A stretch of DNA of 63,911 nt, filler included, from Collodictyon triciliatum (GCA_043381765.1; 22 parts of 22 records of this genome joined end to end with filler, not necessarily neighbours in it), one strand, 5' to 3'. Numbered from the whole stretch's first letter, positions 12,085 through 28,671 are shown. Numbers and translations: made by a program. Notes: a model not told the origin generated them from the letters alone.

Positions 12085-12497
12085 CCCCGAAGAAGAAACT
12101 GCAATCACAGATATACCCAATCCAATCCAAGCATGAAGTGGTGCCTTTAGTTATTGAATTAAAAATAATGAATTCATGAATTCGCCCAACAACGACCTTT
12201 GGCGGTGCTCTTAAAGGAAAACGACACTGCAAGGCACGTTTTCCCACATGATAATATCTTCTCCAAGTTCTCATAGGCGAGCAACGAAGTAAATAGCACA
12301 TCATCTACATCAATTTTTATGCAAGCAGATAGGAATGACAGAGTCGCGAAACAACTCACAGGCGGGCGAACAGAGCTGTCCGCTTCATTCTTGTCGGCTG
12401 ATTCAGCCAGGCCCTCCTGGTCGACCGACAGTGTTGTCATCTCCACTTCCTTGTTCTTGGCGGAACCTTTTGCTGGGTCCACAAAAAGAGGGATCAT
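12085..12497 (-). CDS. 5' exons of a membrane protein, possibly an EamA/DMT transporter
   Basis: Exon MIPLFVDPAKG...SSVRPP, then a putative exon APLHAWIGLGISVIAVSSSG (a first TM helix). Confidence 0.3.
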
Positions 12498-13124
12498 TTC
12501 ATACTTTTACAATGAGAGACATGACTGGTATATGTATGATACGAGAAGTAGCGAGTTGCAACAAAGAAAGAGAGGAAGAAACGGATAGGCCCGAACGCAA
12601 CACACCCGATCCTCAACGACACTTCAAGCTTTTATCGAGGAGAGTTTTTTTTTCGGTTGGCAAGAGAGGTAAACAAAAGGAAGCAAAAAAAAAAAAGGAA
12701 AAAAAAAAAGGAAAAAAACCTTTGTAGACCGAAGCAGCGGGAGTATCGGTAATATCACCTATGAACGGATCGTCATCAGCAGGACTCTGTTGGCTCAACA
12801 TCGCTCCCTTTCCTGTGCAGAGCTTCTATAATAAGCATATGGACGTAAAAGCGCAAGTGGCAAAGCTTTCTTTCAACAGTGATTTCGATCTGTTGAGCTA
12901 AACAAGATGACAGCGCTCGTTTGTGCATTGGCGCGGCGCTCTGAGATCATGCTTTCGTTCATGTACTCGTTTATTTGCTGTGCAGACACTCCCATTCCGT
13001 TTGTGAATGCCTCCTTTGTGTCGAGTAGAATGCAGGGATGGAAACTTTCGGAGTGTGCTTGGCTGACTCAGTTGAAGCTTCTTTTACAAGAGCTCGGCCG
13101 TGACAAACACAAGATTCATTCGGC

Positions 13125-13325
13125 ATCAATAAATCAATAAATCAATAAATCAATAAATCAATAAATCAATAAATCAATAAATCAATAAATCAATAAATCA
13201 ATAAATCAATAAATCAATAAATCAATAAATCAATAAACCAATAAATCAATAAATCAATAAATCAATAAATCAATAAATCAATAAATCAATAAATCAATAA
13301 ATCAATAAATCAACAAATCGATAAA
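13125..13325 (+). repeat. (ATCAATAA)n 8-bp tandem repeat
   Basis: About 24 near-perfect tandem units with no spacers. Confidence 0.95.
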
Positions 13326-14804
13326 TAAACAAAAACATCTATGCGTACTAAAAGCCCACGCAAATGCACTCACAAACATGATTCGAAGGAGAGAGAGAGA
13401 GAGCACCATATAGGATTTTTTCATCTTTCTCAAGTCTCCGCTTGTTCTTGAGCAAACCAGGTGCGCGTCGTGCCAGAGGAAATCAGCCAGTTAACCATAT
13501 TCTGATAAACTATCTCATAGACTTACTATAAACCGCTGTGCTTGGATTGCTTCTGTCCTGGGCGATGATTGGAAAGTTGGAAAATACTTCAATTCAATAT
13601 TGTCAACAAACGAGCGATGGGTAGGCCTGATGCCGAGATAATGGCAATAGAAAAGTTGAACAAAATAAAACGTAAAGAACAACAGTCTCATAAGGGAGAT
13701 GCATACACGATGGAATACATTATTAAAACTTGTTCGGAAATCTACGAAAGATTGTTGGGATGCAAGGGTCTAGCGATTCATGCGACGAAAAATGGAGCAT
13801 CAGAAGAAAGCCATGCATATTTAGATAACACATCAGTGAGCAAAAAGTGAGAATAAAATAAATAGGAAAATAAAAATAAAAAGAGAAACGAGGATACTGC
13901 AGTGAAATACGAGAAGTTTTTGCTCAGATTTCAAGCGAGGGCTGAATTACGAATGTTGCTTCATGTCCTTATCATGAGGTAAAGTGGATTCGTAAATATC
14001 AAATAAAGATTTGCTCACCGAAATCTGAAACAAATATTGCATAAGAGTATTCTGCACGGCTTTATCTTTGGAAATCACACATTTTTTTAATCACATTCCG
14101 CACTAATCTCCTGTATTTCTACATTTGACTGAAACAATTCTTGGAGTCAGTAAGTCTTTTTTTGTGTTTGTCCTTAAATACTCTATATATTTACGCTTCT
14201 TGCATTTCCAGAGGCCAAAAATCAACATATGTTTATGTATATTTTCTTGCTAGGATGCAAATAAATTTACTTTTGCTTTCATATCTATTTTGTTGCACGA
14301 TTAGCTCTTCGCCAGATTTTTGTATTCATTAACGCAGCGTGCGGAATACACACCACGTTTCTCGAGGCAGGTCGCGTTAAATGTTATCATATTGTGTAAA
14401 CGTGAATTCAAAGATGTTTTCATCGATTAGAATAAATGGCTAAACCGGATTTGATTGGAACGTTTCAAAAGCGCCATTTCAATCGAGATATTAATAATAT
14501 ATAATCGGATGAAATCATTTGATATTGGGTGTTGATATAATTCTCCATTATGATTCCTAGGGCACAGCGACGGCACATCAAAAGAAAATAGAGAAGAGAA
14601 GAGAAGAGAAGAGAAGAGAAGAGAAGAGAAGAGAAGAGAAGAGAAGAGAAGAGAAGAGAAGAGAAGAGAAGAGAAGAGAAGAGAAGANNNNNNNNNNNNN
14701 NNNNNNNNNNNNNNNNNNNNNNNNNNNNNNNTTAATTAATTAANNNNNNNNNNNNNNNNNNNNNNNNNNNNNNNNNNNNNNNNNNNNTTATCATTCTCTT
14801 GCAG

Positions 14805-14967
14805 ATCGAGTCTTCCAACACTTTGCTTCAAATAAAGAGGTTTTTGAACAATCAGCACAGGGCTTGGTGCGCTCAGTTATGATGGGATATAATGGTACAA
14901 CATCTAGATAGATTAATCAGCAACTCAAAATAATTCCCAGATGATGACATGCTTTATTTTTATTTTA

Positions 14968-15006
<39 letters not shown>

Positions 15007-17643
15007 CATACCATTATTGTTATTGTTATTAGGTTGCAAAACAATCAGCATATATCAATGTAGGGAGATTCTCACACTTTTTTAATCATGCTTCATGGTC
15101 GTCGTAGGGACAATATTTGCTTATGGACAAACGTCTTCTGGGAAGACATACACAATGGTTGGGGCAGATATGACTGGAACAAAAGGCACCCAGGGTGTGA
15201 TATCCATGGCTATTGACGAAATTTTTGAATCTATAGAAAAGGTTTGCTCATAATTGGATTTTATTTTGTAATCATATTGGTTTGTTAGAGATTAATATAA
15301 TTGGAATGTCAATATGTGTTGGGATTGATAGTCGATATTTCAAGCGAAACATGAGCTTTCTATGGGAGTTAAATTTAAATCGTGTAAAGATATTGTCTTA
15401 CAAAATATACTATAGACCTCAGACAGAGAGTTTTTGCTTCGGCTGTCGTATATGGAAATATACAATGAAGTCGTGAACGATCTGCTCTCTCCACAAAATA
15501 CAAATCTAAGGATACTTGAAGATTCTGTAGTGAGTAAATATACAGAAAAAAAAAACATCTTTATCTCCAGATATATTATGTTATTTAAATTCCATACAAA
15601 ATTCATAACTTTAGAGAGGTATTCGAGTGGATGGACTTAAGGAAGAAATCGTCATGTCCAAGAAGCAATCTCTTAGTCTCATTGCAGCTGGAGGCAGTAA
15701 GATTCACCATACGTAATTTGATATTATAGAATGATAATATGTATGGAATATCTATTTGAAAATGATAATACTATTGGGCGGAATAGTGAATCGACATATC
15801 GGAGCAACAAACTTCAATGAGCAAAGTAGCCGGTCTCATACAATATTTAGAATGGTCTGTTTGTTCTATAATAATATTGTTGCTTTTATCACATATATTT
15901 GGAACAAAATACCTCAAGCCCTTTTCATCAGTAATACACATGCACACAGAAAAAAAGAACAAGAAAAGGGAAACGAGTGTGATGATTATTTTTTCGCCTT
16001 AGATAATTGAAAGCAGGAAGAGGTCATCAGATGAATCAAGTTCAAAATCCCATAGCAGTGTTCGAGTATCATATCTTGTAATGTCTATTAAATTCACTAC
16101 TAAAGTGTACTCGATTTTTTTAATTATATATATTTCCCTTCAGGATTTAATAGATCTGGCTGGGTCTGAAAGAGCATGGAAAGAAGAAGGATTACGAAGA
16201 AAAGAGGGTGGCTTTATTAACAAAAGTCTTCTCACCCTGGCTACCGTCATATCCAAGCTAAGTTCTGGAGAAGGGTGACCACATACTCGATTATTTGCTA
16301 GGGATACCTCTCATCTCTATAAAATCACACGATGTATTTTTTGGACTACCTGCACACCAACACATTTAAAGGCCAGTTTCATCTGAGCGTCATCCTATTT
16401 TTATAGAGGCCATATACCTTATCGAGACAGTAAACTCACCAGAATTTTACAACCCTCGCTCGAGAGGAATGCCAAAGTATCCATCATCTGTAATATAACA
16501 CCGTCCTTGTCCCAGATGGAAGAAACCCATAACACGTTAAAGTTTGGATTTCGGGCAAAAAACGTCAAGGTGAAGTCTTTTGTAAATGAAGTTTTGGATG
16601 AAAAGGCACTCCTGAAACAGTATCGATTGGAAATTTTGCAATTAAAAAGACGAATGTGTGCTATCACTCCTCTGGGAGGTTCGATTGCTAGTGAAGAAGA
16701 AATCATACAGGTTTAGTCGCTTACACGTTTTTTTTTTCTCCTTCATGAAGTTTCATAGAAAATATATCAGCGTAGCTGATATAAAACGATAGGTGACTGG
16801 AATACAAGCAATTAGTAAATTTTGGGTTGTATAGGTAATAGAGCAAAAGAAAATAATGGAGGAGAAGCTGAAAGAACATGAACAGACAAAACAGGCTTTG
16901 GAAGAGAGAATCAAGAAGCTGACGCAGCTCATTTTAGTCTCATCTAATCCTTTCCCTGGCGAAATGGATAGTCTTCCCCATGAATCATACACAAAAAAAG
17001 ATGTACATGTTCATTCTGACCAGACATTTAGATACGACTGAAAGCAATCGAATAAGACATCATACAAAAAAAAATCAACCTAAAATATAAATGTGTCTAT
17101 TATTTCACGCTCAAAGTTTATATCGGTCTGATTAAAATTCGACTTCGACATGGTACGTAGACAGATGTTGTTGCAGCTCAGCCTGACTTTATTCTTCATA
17201 ACCAAACTGGGAATGGTAATTGACTTGTCTAATTTAAGAAAAGGTCATATGTGTTTATATTGGGCATATTTTCGGTATTCTTTTTTATTTTTGTTTCCAT
17301 TATCATGCCTCGCTCCCTCGTGTTTTCAGTCTCAGTCCATGGTGCGCAATCTCCACAAATAAACTCAAGCCCCCCTCCTCATTTTGATGATAGTTGTGTC
17401 AGCAATTTGCAGAGACAAGTGAGTATCATTATCATATTTAGAAAAGAATATCTAGTATAATAATTCTGATATATGTACATTTTCGTCTCATTCATGCAAT
17501 TTACAACGGAATACTTTTTTTTTTTTTTTGCAAGAAACGAATGCTCTTTCAAATCATGCTCTCTGGATTACTAAAACTGTATATCTAGGTCCTAGAACAA
17601 GAATCAACAATAACGAGCCTCCTCGAAGAAGTTGAACACAAGG
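14805..17643 (+). CDS. Kinesin-7 (CENP-E/Kip2-like) motor domain and neck coiled coil, multi-exon, partial
   Basis: [85 protein letters not shown] in GT-AG spliced exons. Confidence 0.92.
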
Positions 17644-17745
17644 GTNNNNNNNNNNNNNNNNNNNNNNNNNNNNNNNNNNNNNNNNNNNNTTAATTAATTA
17701 ANNNNNNNNNNNNNNNNNNNNNNNNNNNNNNNNNNNNNNNNNNNN

Positions 17746-20150
<2,405 letters not shown>

Positions 20151-20718
20151 AAGAGCGACGCAGCAAAAGAGAGACCACATAAATACCGTACTTTAAATCC
20201 CTATATTGTAATATGTTAGCACAGTTTCTTAAAATTGACATTTATAATCAAAAAAATTTAATAATTGAAAATTTTAATTGAATATATATATGTTCCAGAT
20301 TTAATAAGGTCAAAGCCTTGTTTGGTTTCACCACAACTCGGAAACAATTTTTGCAAAGTGATTTTTTTAGTTTATTACGGCAAATAGATAAGAAAAGAAA
20401 AAGGATTCGGTGGTTGGTGGCATCAAAAGGGGAAAGTAATTTATAGATATTATTCTTCAATGCAGGATATGGCTTAGATATATTCTTTTCGTTATCGTAG
20501 CGTCAGCTTTTAAAAACTTTTTGATATGAGTGGTTTCAGAAGGTTGATGGGGCGAACCAGTCCGAGTTTTCCTGTCCCAGCGGAGGGGTGGGTTTCTGAC
20601 CCNNNNNNNNNNNNNNNNNNNNNNNNNNNNNNNNNNNNNNNNNNNNTTAATTAATTAANNNNNNNNNNNNNNNNNNNNNNNNNNNNNNNNNNNNNNNNNN
20701 NNCTTTTTCTCTTTTTCT

Positions 20719-20763
<45 letters not shown>

Positions 20764-20953
20764 CTCTCTCTTCTCTCTCTTCTCTCTCTTTAATCTTTTT
20801 TATTTGTATGCGTTAGTTTTGTTCCTTTTTTGGGCCGTTTTTTAATCCACACTGAACTGTCTCGATGAAAAGAAAAAATAAGTCCTTAAAAAAACTTGTG
20901 CAAACAGGAGTATCGCTGTGTAAACAATTCAGGGTTTCAAAGGTCAGAATTAC

Positions 20954-22910
20954 ATGTTACAAAAAATGGAAAAGGCAATCACAAAGTCAGGCGTATCCTC
21001 CATCAACAGACCCAGTGTAGAAATTGAGATAGTGGATTTTGGTGACCAGAACACAACCGAATATCAGAAAAGGGAGCTGTCTTCAAATCACGTCATCGCC
21101 GTAAATATTGAATCGGATCCGAATCGATTGAGTCCATGTCAGTGCCTGGCTGAGGAAACATCGACTGTACCAAATATATCAAACACGACAACAAGGATGA
21201 CGAAGACCAGTGAAAACTTGAACGAAGAGACTTATGATTTTCGAGGATTAAATGTGGTTTACTCGCACGACAACGCCCCAGGACGTACCGAAGAGCTACA
21301 TCAAGTACATACCAAAGCTTTAGTGCCAACAGCTCCAGAAACTGAAATGTGCTTCCTGAGCGACAGAATGTCTCATACAAACTCGGATGGCTTGGGAAAA
21401 GATGCAGCAAAGCCCGTATCGCCTGGTCCGAGCAACAGTATCCTGACTGCGGAGACAAGAAAATTGCAACGCAATAATTCATTTATTCGTCCCTTGCAAG
21501 CATTTGGTTACCTCGACTCTGCTAAATATTCACTCAAAACGGTTTCCATTCTTTTGCTTCACTCCGTGATTTTGTCTGCCCTCCCAACGGTGGCTATGTT
21601 TCTTGTATAGGGCCCTTGTGGCTTTTCTCGCCGGTTTATGATGACATGATTATTTACTAATTTGTGCTGGGGTGCATACTCATGCTATCAATATTTTTCG
21701 TGGTCGTTAATTCCTTTATTTGTGCTTTTGGTTGGAAAAAAGTGCGCCCATTAATTGTCAGAATATGTTTCCCATGTTATGCTATTTACACCGGCTTGTT
21801 TTCAGTTCGTGTGTTTTGGGACATTTATCTTCTTTCCTACTTTTATTTTGGAATCTTACTTTTGTATCTCTACCTTTTATATCGCAAGGTGACACACATC
21901 TCAATTCCGGAGGAACCCGATGAGTTAAGTGGGGCCAGAGACCAGTATGACATTTTATCTTCAGACGGGACACCTCTTGCTCTTTTAAAGGGATTTTTGC
22001 TGTCGTCCATATTCTATTACATACTAACTTACTATGTTATTCCTATATTTATGGAATCAACAATCGACATTCGAATAATTGGCCGAATTATTGTGTTGCC
22101 TCTTATAATCAACGTATTAACTACTTATCAAAACAGCCTTATTGTTCACAAATCTGAAAAATAATGGAACATCGATTGCCGCTTGTAAACTTTGTCAATT
22201 TCATTTCAACTTGCATTCTCAGATTCTTTATATCAAACTCAGATACTCTGTACGAAACAGCTGTAATGTCTATATTATCTGGAATATCAGAGATATTTTT
22301 ACATGCAACATTTATTCTCCGGACCGTTTATGTGACAAGGATTACATTCTACCTAAAGCACATGCTAATTTCCTTTTGGACCGGAAATCAGATACAACCC
22401 TTGAACGGTATCTTCCCGAACAAGGCGCTTGCAAACGACCCTGAGCAGCAAGTGGAGGCTCTTTTTTCTGGTATAGACATGAGCTTTGAAGGTATCAAAA
22501 GACTTTCTCGCCAACTAAATCGGCAAGACAAGCTCTCCAGCTGCATTATCAACTACTGGCAAACCCGGGCCTACTTTCTATCAGTCCATGAACCCCAAAC
22601 CATCGTGTATGTGCCATTGATACTCTACCTTTTCCGGCCCGCTCGCGATTACGTTGTATTTGGTACAATATCAAGTCTTGAAACCATGCTTCAGAGTATG
22701 CTGATTCAACTTAGTGTAGAAGTTGTTGTCCAAACAGTCTCACTTGGGATGGATAGCTACATCTACGGACTCCATTTGGTGCCAAAGGAATCCACTCGAC
22801 GAGCCCTGAGCCTTCTGCCTCTCATCGCAAACGGGCTCATGACCATGGCTTCGATATACCTTTCAGTTCTTCCCTTCTGGAGGTATATCTCTGACTGGCC
22901 GCGCGCTTGA
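20954..22910 (+). pseudogene. Intronless multi-pass membrane protein with disrupted frame
   Basis: Three consecutive ORFs (218, 166, 248 aa) linked by a frameshift near 21600, an in-frame TAA at 21658 and a frameshift in an A-run at ~22160. Many hydrophobic segments. Confidence 0.6.
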
Positions 22911-23240
22911 TAATCGCGGAATAACAAACATTATGTTTCAGGCGAAAGGAACTTGGTGGGTTGCAATAGTCACGATGATGCTGAGGAACAAGACCAAGAG
23001 GGAAAGGAAAGAGGGAAGGAGTGATGGCTTGCGAGCTATTGTTGGGAGGAAGAAAAAGTCTGTGGGAGATTCATATTACTAATGAAAGAAAAATAAAAAT
23101 TAAAAAAAATAAATGCATACGTTCTGTACATAAGGACACAAAAAAAAATGTGTAGAAACACTCACACGCCGGAAATAAAACTGCGGAAAAAAAATATAAA
23201 GCGTGATAACAATAAATAAAAAGGTTCCTCGGGAAAAGGC

Positions 23241-23361
23241 ATGTCTGAAAACTTTGCTCGGGCGTCTCTTCGAGTGGCGATCGCGCAGTTGGCCCACTGC
23301 AATGGTTTCCACGCCCTCCAACGATCAGTGCTCGACACCTTGACCGACGTGACTCAAAGAT
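23241..23361 (+). CDS. TAF3: Exon 1 of a bromodomain-associated (BTP) histone-fold protein, TAF3/TAF8-like
   Basis: MSENFARASLRVAIAQLAHCNGFHALQRSVLDTLTDVTQR followed by a GT donor; resembles the TAF3 N-terminal histone fold. Not in the ORF track. Confidence 0.65.
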
Positions 23362-23659
23362 GTGCGCTTAGTTTTTTTTCTTTTTTCTTTTTATGTCATT
23401 TTTAATGTCTTTTTTTATGTCTTTTTTTATGTCTTTTTTTTATTGTCTTTTTTTATTGTCTTTTTTTATGTCTTTTTTATGTCTTTTTTTATGTCTTTTT
23501 TATGTCTTTTTTATGTCTTTTTTTATGTCTTTTTTTATGTCTTTTTTATGTCTTTTTTANNNNNNNNNNNNNNNNNNNNNNNNNNNNNNNNNNNNNNNNN
23601 NNNTTAATTAATTAANNNNNNNNNNNNNNNNNNNNNNNNNNNNNNNNNNNNNNNNNNNN

Positions 23660-23739
<80 letters not shown>

Positions 23740-23786
23740 AAAAACAAAAAACAAAAAAAAATTAAAATAAATCAGTACACTATAGA

Positions 23787-25138
23787 AGTTATATATCCTG
23801 CCAATGGGTAATTAGTAGATATATGCACTCTAGATATCAGAAATACCCGAATTCATGAGTGCTCTAACGTCGCTAGAATGCTTGAATATTTCAAACAATC
23901 AGGTAGTTCTACGATAAAATATGGATTAAAATGTTCATAGAAACCAAAACAATAGTAAAAAAGGAAAATTGAAATCAATATTTGCCTTCAGTTGTGGTCG
24001 ATATAGATATATATTTCTAAGAAATATTCCTCTCACAAATATAGATAGAGCATCTGCCAGATGTACTGAAGTATATGACTCGCCTAAAAAATATATGGGC
24101 GCGTTCAAACAAAGTTTGTATAATATACTATTCGAGAAGCATGGCTCATCTCTTAAATGCATAACTTTTCACGAAGTAGATATCAATCATTCCAGAATTG
24201 ATTGCAAATAACCAATGGATAGAATCACTTGACCTTTCAATTAACCAGGCAAATTCTCTCATTTTGATTATATTTCATGATACATTGGCGTTTCATTTCA
24301 GATATGATTGATTGCATAAATACTATGATATTATAATACCGAAGGTATGAGAACCTTATGTAATTTTGATTATGCAACTAAAATACCGCACGAGAGTAGA
24401 TTATATCCTTGCCTGATCTGTCGCAAATGAGGAACATTCGAGCCTTGAATCTCAAAGAAAACAAGTTTGGTTCGCAGATACAATCTTTGATTGATTCACT
24501 GGAGCTATCCAAGTATAAATTGACGTTTTCAAGTTGTGGATTTGAGGAAATTCCAAGAGAGCTGGTTCTTTTGCCACAGAAACCAACACTCGAGCTACCA
24601 GAAAATAAGGTTAATTCTATTCAAAACAAATATTAAAAAAAACAGAAAAGAAAAGGAGAATGGATTCCCCTCAGACACATCCTCATATATTTCATTCATT
24701 ACTGACCATGATAAATGTAAACTTCTCAGATTTCTTACATACCTGATTGGTTGGAAGAACTCAATCATATTGAAGCACTCGACTTATCAAACAATCAGGT
24801 TAATACCTATTTCAACGGTGAATACTTTCGTTACCTTTCATTCATGCCATAATTCCAATCATGTTGAAATGGAAAACAAAAAAAAAATCATGGTAGATTA
24901 CAATACTACCAGAAGGAATGAGCAAATTATCTAATCTCAGAGTATTGTCGGTCGCGTTCAACAAGGTCTATCTTCGCTTTCATATTCTGTATTGTATAGA
25001 ACTGGACTAACCTTAACAATCGAGTATGTTTGAATTTTATGTAACTATTAGATTTCAGTGATACCTGAGTGGTTGTTCAACTCAGGAATCATACAATGCA
25101 TCGACGTATCGAATAACGAAATAAAAACTCTATTCTGA
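23787..25138 (+). CDS. Leucine-rich repeat protein, multi-exon fragment (possibly degenerate)
   Basis: Exons IPELIANNQWIESLDLSINQ, LPDLSQMRNIRALNLKENKF, IPDWLEELNHIEALDLSNNQ, ITILPEGMSKLSNLRVLSVAFNK, IPEWLFNSGIIQCIDVSNNEIKTL. Confidence 0.75.
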
Positions 25139-26052
25139 GAAACTCTTGTTGGCCCAGAGCAAACTATAGTATTCCATAGTTTTTCATCTTTCTTTCCCCA
25201 TCAAATAAACTTCGGACTTTATGTATCTGCGCCGATACTATATATATTTTTAAAAAAAGTATAAATCTCATCCTGTGGAATGAAATAGGATGTAAACCTT
25301 GTCTGAGATAGATGGTTGAAAGGACTCGTCGGAATCGATTTTCGAAGTAACAGCCATGCGCGTACTTTAATCGACCCGACAACTTTATCCGCTCTTCTGT
25401 CAGTCTCGAATACAACCAGAAATCGTGTTGGAGCTCAACCACCTCGGGTAGAATAGTCTGCGTGTGAGAACACTTTCTCTCTTTTCTATGTTATTTTTCA
25501 TTTTCTTTTTCATTTTCTTTTCCTTTTCCTTTTCCTTTTCTTTCCCTCCCAGCCAAAACACAAAAACTCCAACCACACAATCCGGGGTTTTCCACTGTCT
25601 TGTCCACAGCTCATTTCTTGTCCTAGAGGCGAAGGTGGTTTCCTCAGCTTTGTTTTCTCTCAATAAACTGTTGAAAAGAAACCAAAAAAAAGTTTAAGTA
25701 TTTTGACACCACCAAAGTTAAATTTTAGGAACTATCAACTTTGGGCAAGGTTTTATGGTATTTGGGCTGACAAAGCCTCTAGTCTCACGCTTAATTAATG
25801 AAGGAATAATAGATAAAAACGTATGAGTTTTCTCTTAATCCTTGGTAGCTTACTAAGAAATATATTTTACTAGTTACTCAGGGATATTTTAACTAAAATG
25901 ATAAGTTCAAAATGAAAATCGCTCTGGCATGAAGAAAATCTATAACAAAAATTATACAAAAGTTCCTGCTTGGGTTTATATTAGGGGTGTATTCGTGCCG
26001 CTGTGGATAATAGGGCTGATTGTGCTCAGTGTAATCGACAGCTATTCCACAA

Positions 26053-26161
<109 letters not shown>

Positions 26162-26615
26162 GGAAATATATAGAAAACAGACTGTTCAAGGGACTACATC
26201 ATCTTTGCTATGTAAAAAGGACTGATTAGTGGATTTTGGTCCTCTATCTCGAAGAAACTCCGACAATCGCCGGTGCTTTTATTTTCTGTTAATTTTTTTA
26301 GGGAAAGAAATGTTTGTCTATTCCATCTGCGGACACCTCTGTGAGCGGATTCTCTTTGGTATTTGGCCACACACAAGCAGCAGCCAATTTATATCAAAAG
26401 TTCTGCTGCACATTGGCTTTTGATATTTGCCTGCCCACCACACCAAATTGGCACACTCGTTCTGCATCCGGAAAAAAAAAAGAAAAAAAGAAAAAAAGAA
26501 AAAAAGAAAAAAAGANNNNNNNNNNNNNNNNNNNNNNNNNNNNNNNNNNNNNNNNNNNNTTAATTAATTAANNNNNNNNNNNNNNNNNNNNNNNNNNNNN
26601 NNNNNNNNNNNNNNN

Positions 26616-26667
<52 letters not shown>

Positions 26668-26706
26668 TAATAAAAGATATAGAATGTAATGTAGAGATAG
26701 GCTTCA

Positions 26707-28522
26707 CCTCGTATTCAGTCACACTCAGCCCAGGCATTCCGTCGATGAAAGGGAAGCGGCTATTGGTCTCACTGCGCCATTCCACCCAAACATCCTTCAT
26801 GGTGGCATCAGGCTTCGTTTTCAGCAGCTCCTCAAGGCGAACTTGTTTGTTCAGCTCGGTTTTGTTCTGATCAGGAATCCAGCCGTAACGCGCACCGAGA
26901 GAGCACACAAAGTATGGGCATTTTCCGATGGAGTCCAGACAGCGAATCACAACCTTTGAAAGACAATAAAAGAAAAATAAAGTTTATTATTTTATAAAAT
27001 ACTGCATATTCTAAAAAAAATTCATAAAAATAATGTTAATAATATTCTGATTACCCATCCCTCACTACTGTCTACAGAAGTCAGTCCCCAGCGCAAATCG
27101 ATAAAGACAAGGTCCAGTCCCTTCGATTTCGCAAGCCTTTTCAACCTGACATAAAGATAAAACTGTTGGTAAAATAAAGGCATCAAATTATCATTCCTTA
27201 TCATGAATTCATTTTTTATTTTTATTTTTCATTCTTCCTTTCAATTTTGTACAGGATGGTGGAGATGTTGGCTTTGATATGAATTCATTTTTATAAATGG
27301 ATTATACTCACTCAGGGGCTCCGTTCTTGAAAAACTCGTCTCTTTCTTTCTGCATGTCACGGAAGGTCGAAGAGAGGAAAACACGGATGACACGCTCATC
27401 AAAGACAATGAGCGGCAATGGTGTCGATGTCACGTATCTTTGTGGTGCCGGATTCCATTTCTTGTATTGTCTCTCCTTCAGATCTTCACGAGCAAGCTTC
27501 ATCTGGTTTGGATTTGCATTTATGTTTCACAAAAACGAAAGTATTTGGTCATATTTTAATTTACTCTACTTTAATTAATTATTATTCACCTTGTCAAGAA
27601 GAATGCAAGTGCGGATGAGCACGACAGAGCCTTTTTCTTCCAGGCCAAGACCTGCATCAATATTTAAATTTAATTTAGGTAATAAATTTATATGAAATAT
27701 TTATAAAGATTATAAAGAAAAATGGAATCTCGACCATGAAACGGAAACGGGGCCTTCGCTCTTTCGTAGAGCTTCTTGGCAATATCGTACCTCTCACGAC
27801 ATTTTTTCTATAATTATTAAGATTAGAAATTAAATTTCAACATAGTTAATAAAATCATGAAAATAAAAAAATGAAGAAAAAGAATTGCTACCCCAAGACT
27901 TCCCAAATGGCCAACGCTTTGTCCAATAAGATACTGGAGCATTGCATTGAGCAAATCTGTACGAGTATAAATTATCACTCATATAAAATATATGGATGAT
28001 ATATGAAAGATTTCAAAAACAGTTCTCTTAAAACAAATAAAGCAAACCAGCATAATAGGCCTGAGAAGCAACAGCCTCATAACGCACATCCAATTTCAGA
28101 AACCAATCAACAATAAGTTTTTGATTCTCGTCAACAAGAACCTCCTCCTCAATAACTTTGTCACTAATATATAAAAGGATTAAATACCAATCCATTAAAA
28201 ATAAAATTAAATATCATAAATAAATCATACGCAAACAAGCGGGAATGGTAGCTTCCCAAGGACTTTCCAGTGACCGCCTCAATCAGCATGGCCAAAAAGA
28301 ACCCGTCCATAAAGTCATCGCGGATGTTCTTGGCCTTGAGCTCGATTTTTCCCAGGTGGTGGTTCACCCATTCGAGGACAGCCTGTGCTCAGTTTCCAAA
28401 TTAAGTATCAATCCTCTTCGATATATAACAATTATTTATGATAATATATATGTATTAATACAGACTTCGTCAATGGTGATAAGGCTGGCGTTGGCCTCGA
28501 TGCTTGTTTCGGTTGCAGACAT
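26707..28522 (-). CDS. Calponin-homology domain + DUF4062/NPHP3_N-like domain protein (probable STAND N-terminus), 3' incomplete
   Basis: AVLEWVNHHL...IRDDFMDGFFLAMLIEAVTGK (CH); RVIRVFLSSTFRDMQKERD, FIDLRWG, CLDSIGKCPYFVCSLGARYGWIP, SVTEYE (DUF4062 as in TEP1/NWD/NPHP3). Confidence 0.8.
27217..27278 (-). mobile_element. 62-bp A-tailed intronic insertion with a 14-bp direct repeat (possible second retroelement family)
   Basis: ATGAATTCATTTTT at 27203-27216 and 27279-27292; on the minus strand it ends GAAAAATAAAAATA. Confidence 0.5.
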
Positions 28523-28671
28523 GTTTTGAATCTTCCTATTCCTTCGTGTGCGTTAAATAGAAAAATCATCATATTTATCGGTTATACTATATGCCAATTA
28601 TCAATCAACTCTAATATAAAACAAGTTATTCTCCTTTTTCACAAATGATATTGTTTGATTTATTGATTCAT

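Noticed and set aside
13125-13325. 8-bp tandem array as a CRISPR or telomere
   Set aside because: It has no spacers, is internal, and is one of many different SSR motifs in the window.
24249-24301. Possible GC-AG intron in the LRR gene
   Set aside because: The nearest acceptor leads straight into a stop, so the exon structure cannot be fixed without transcripts.
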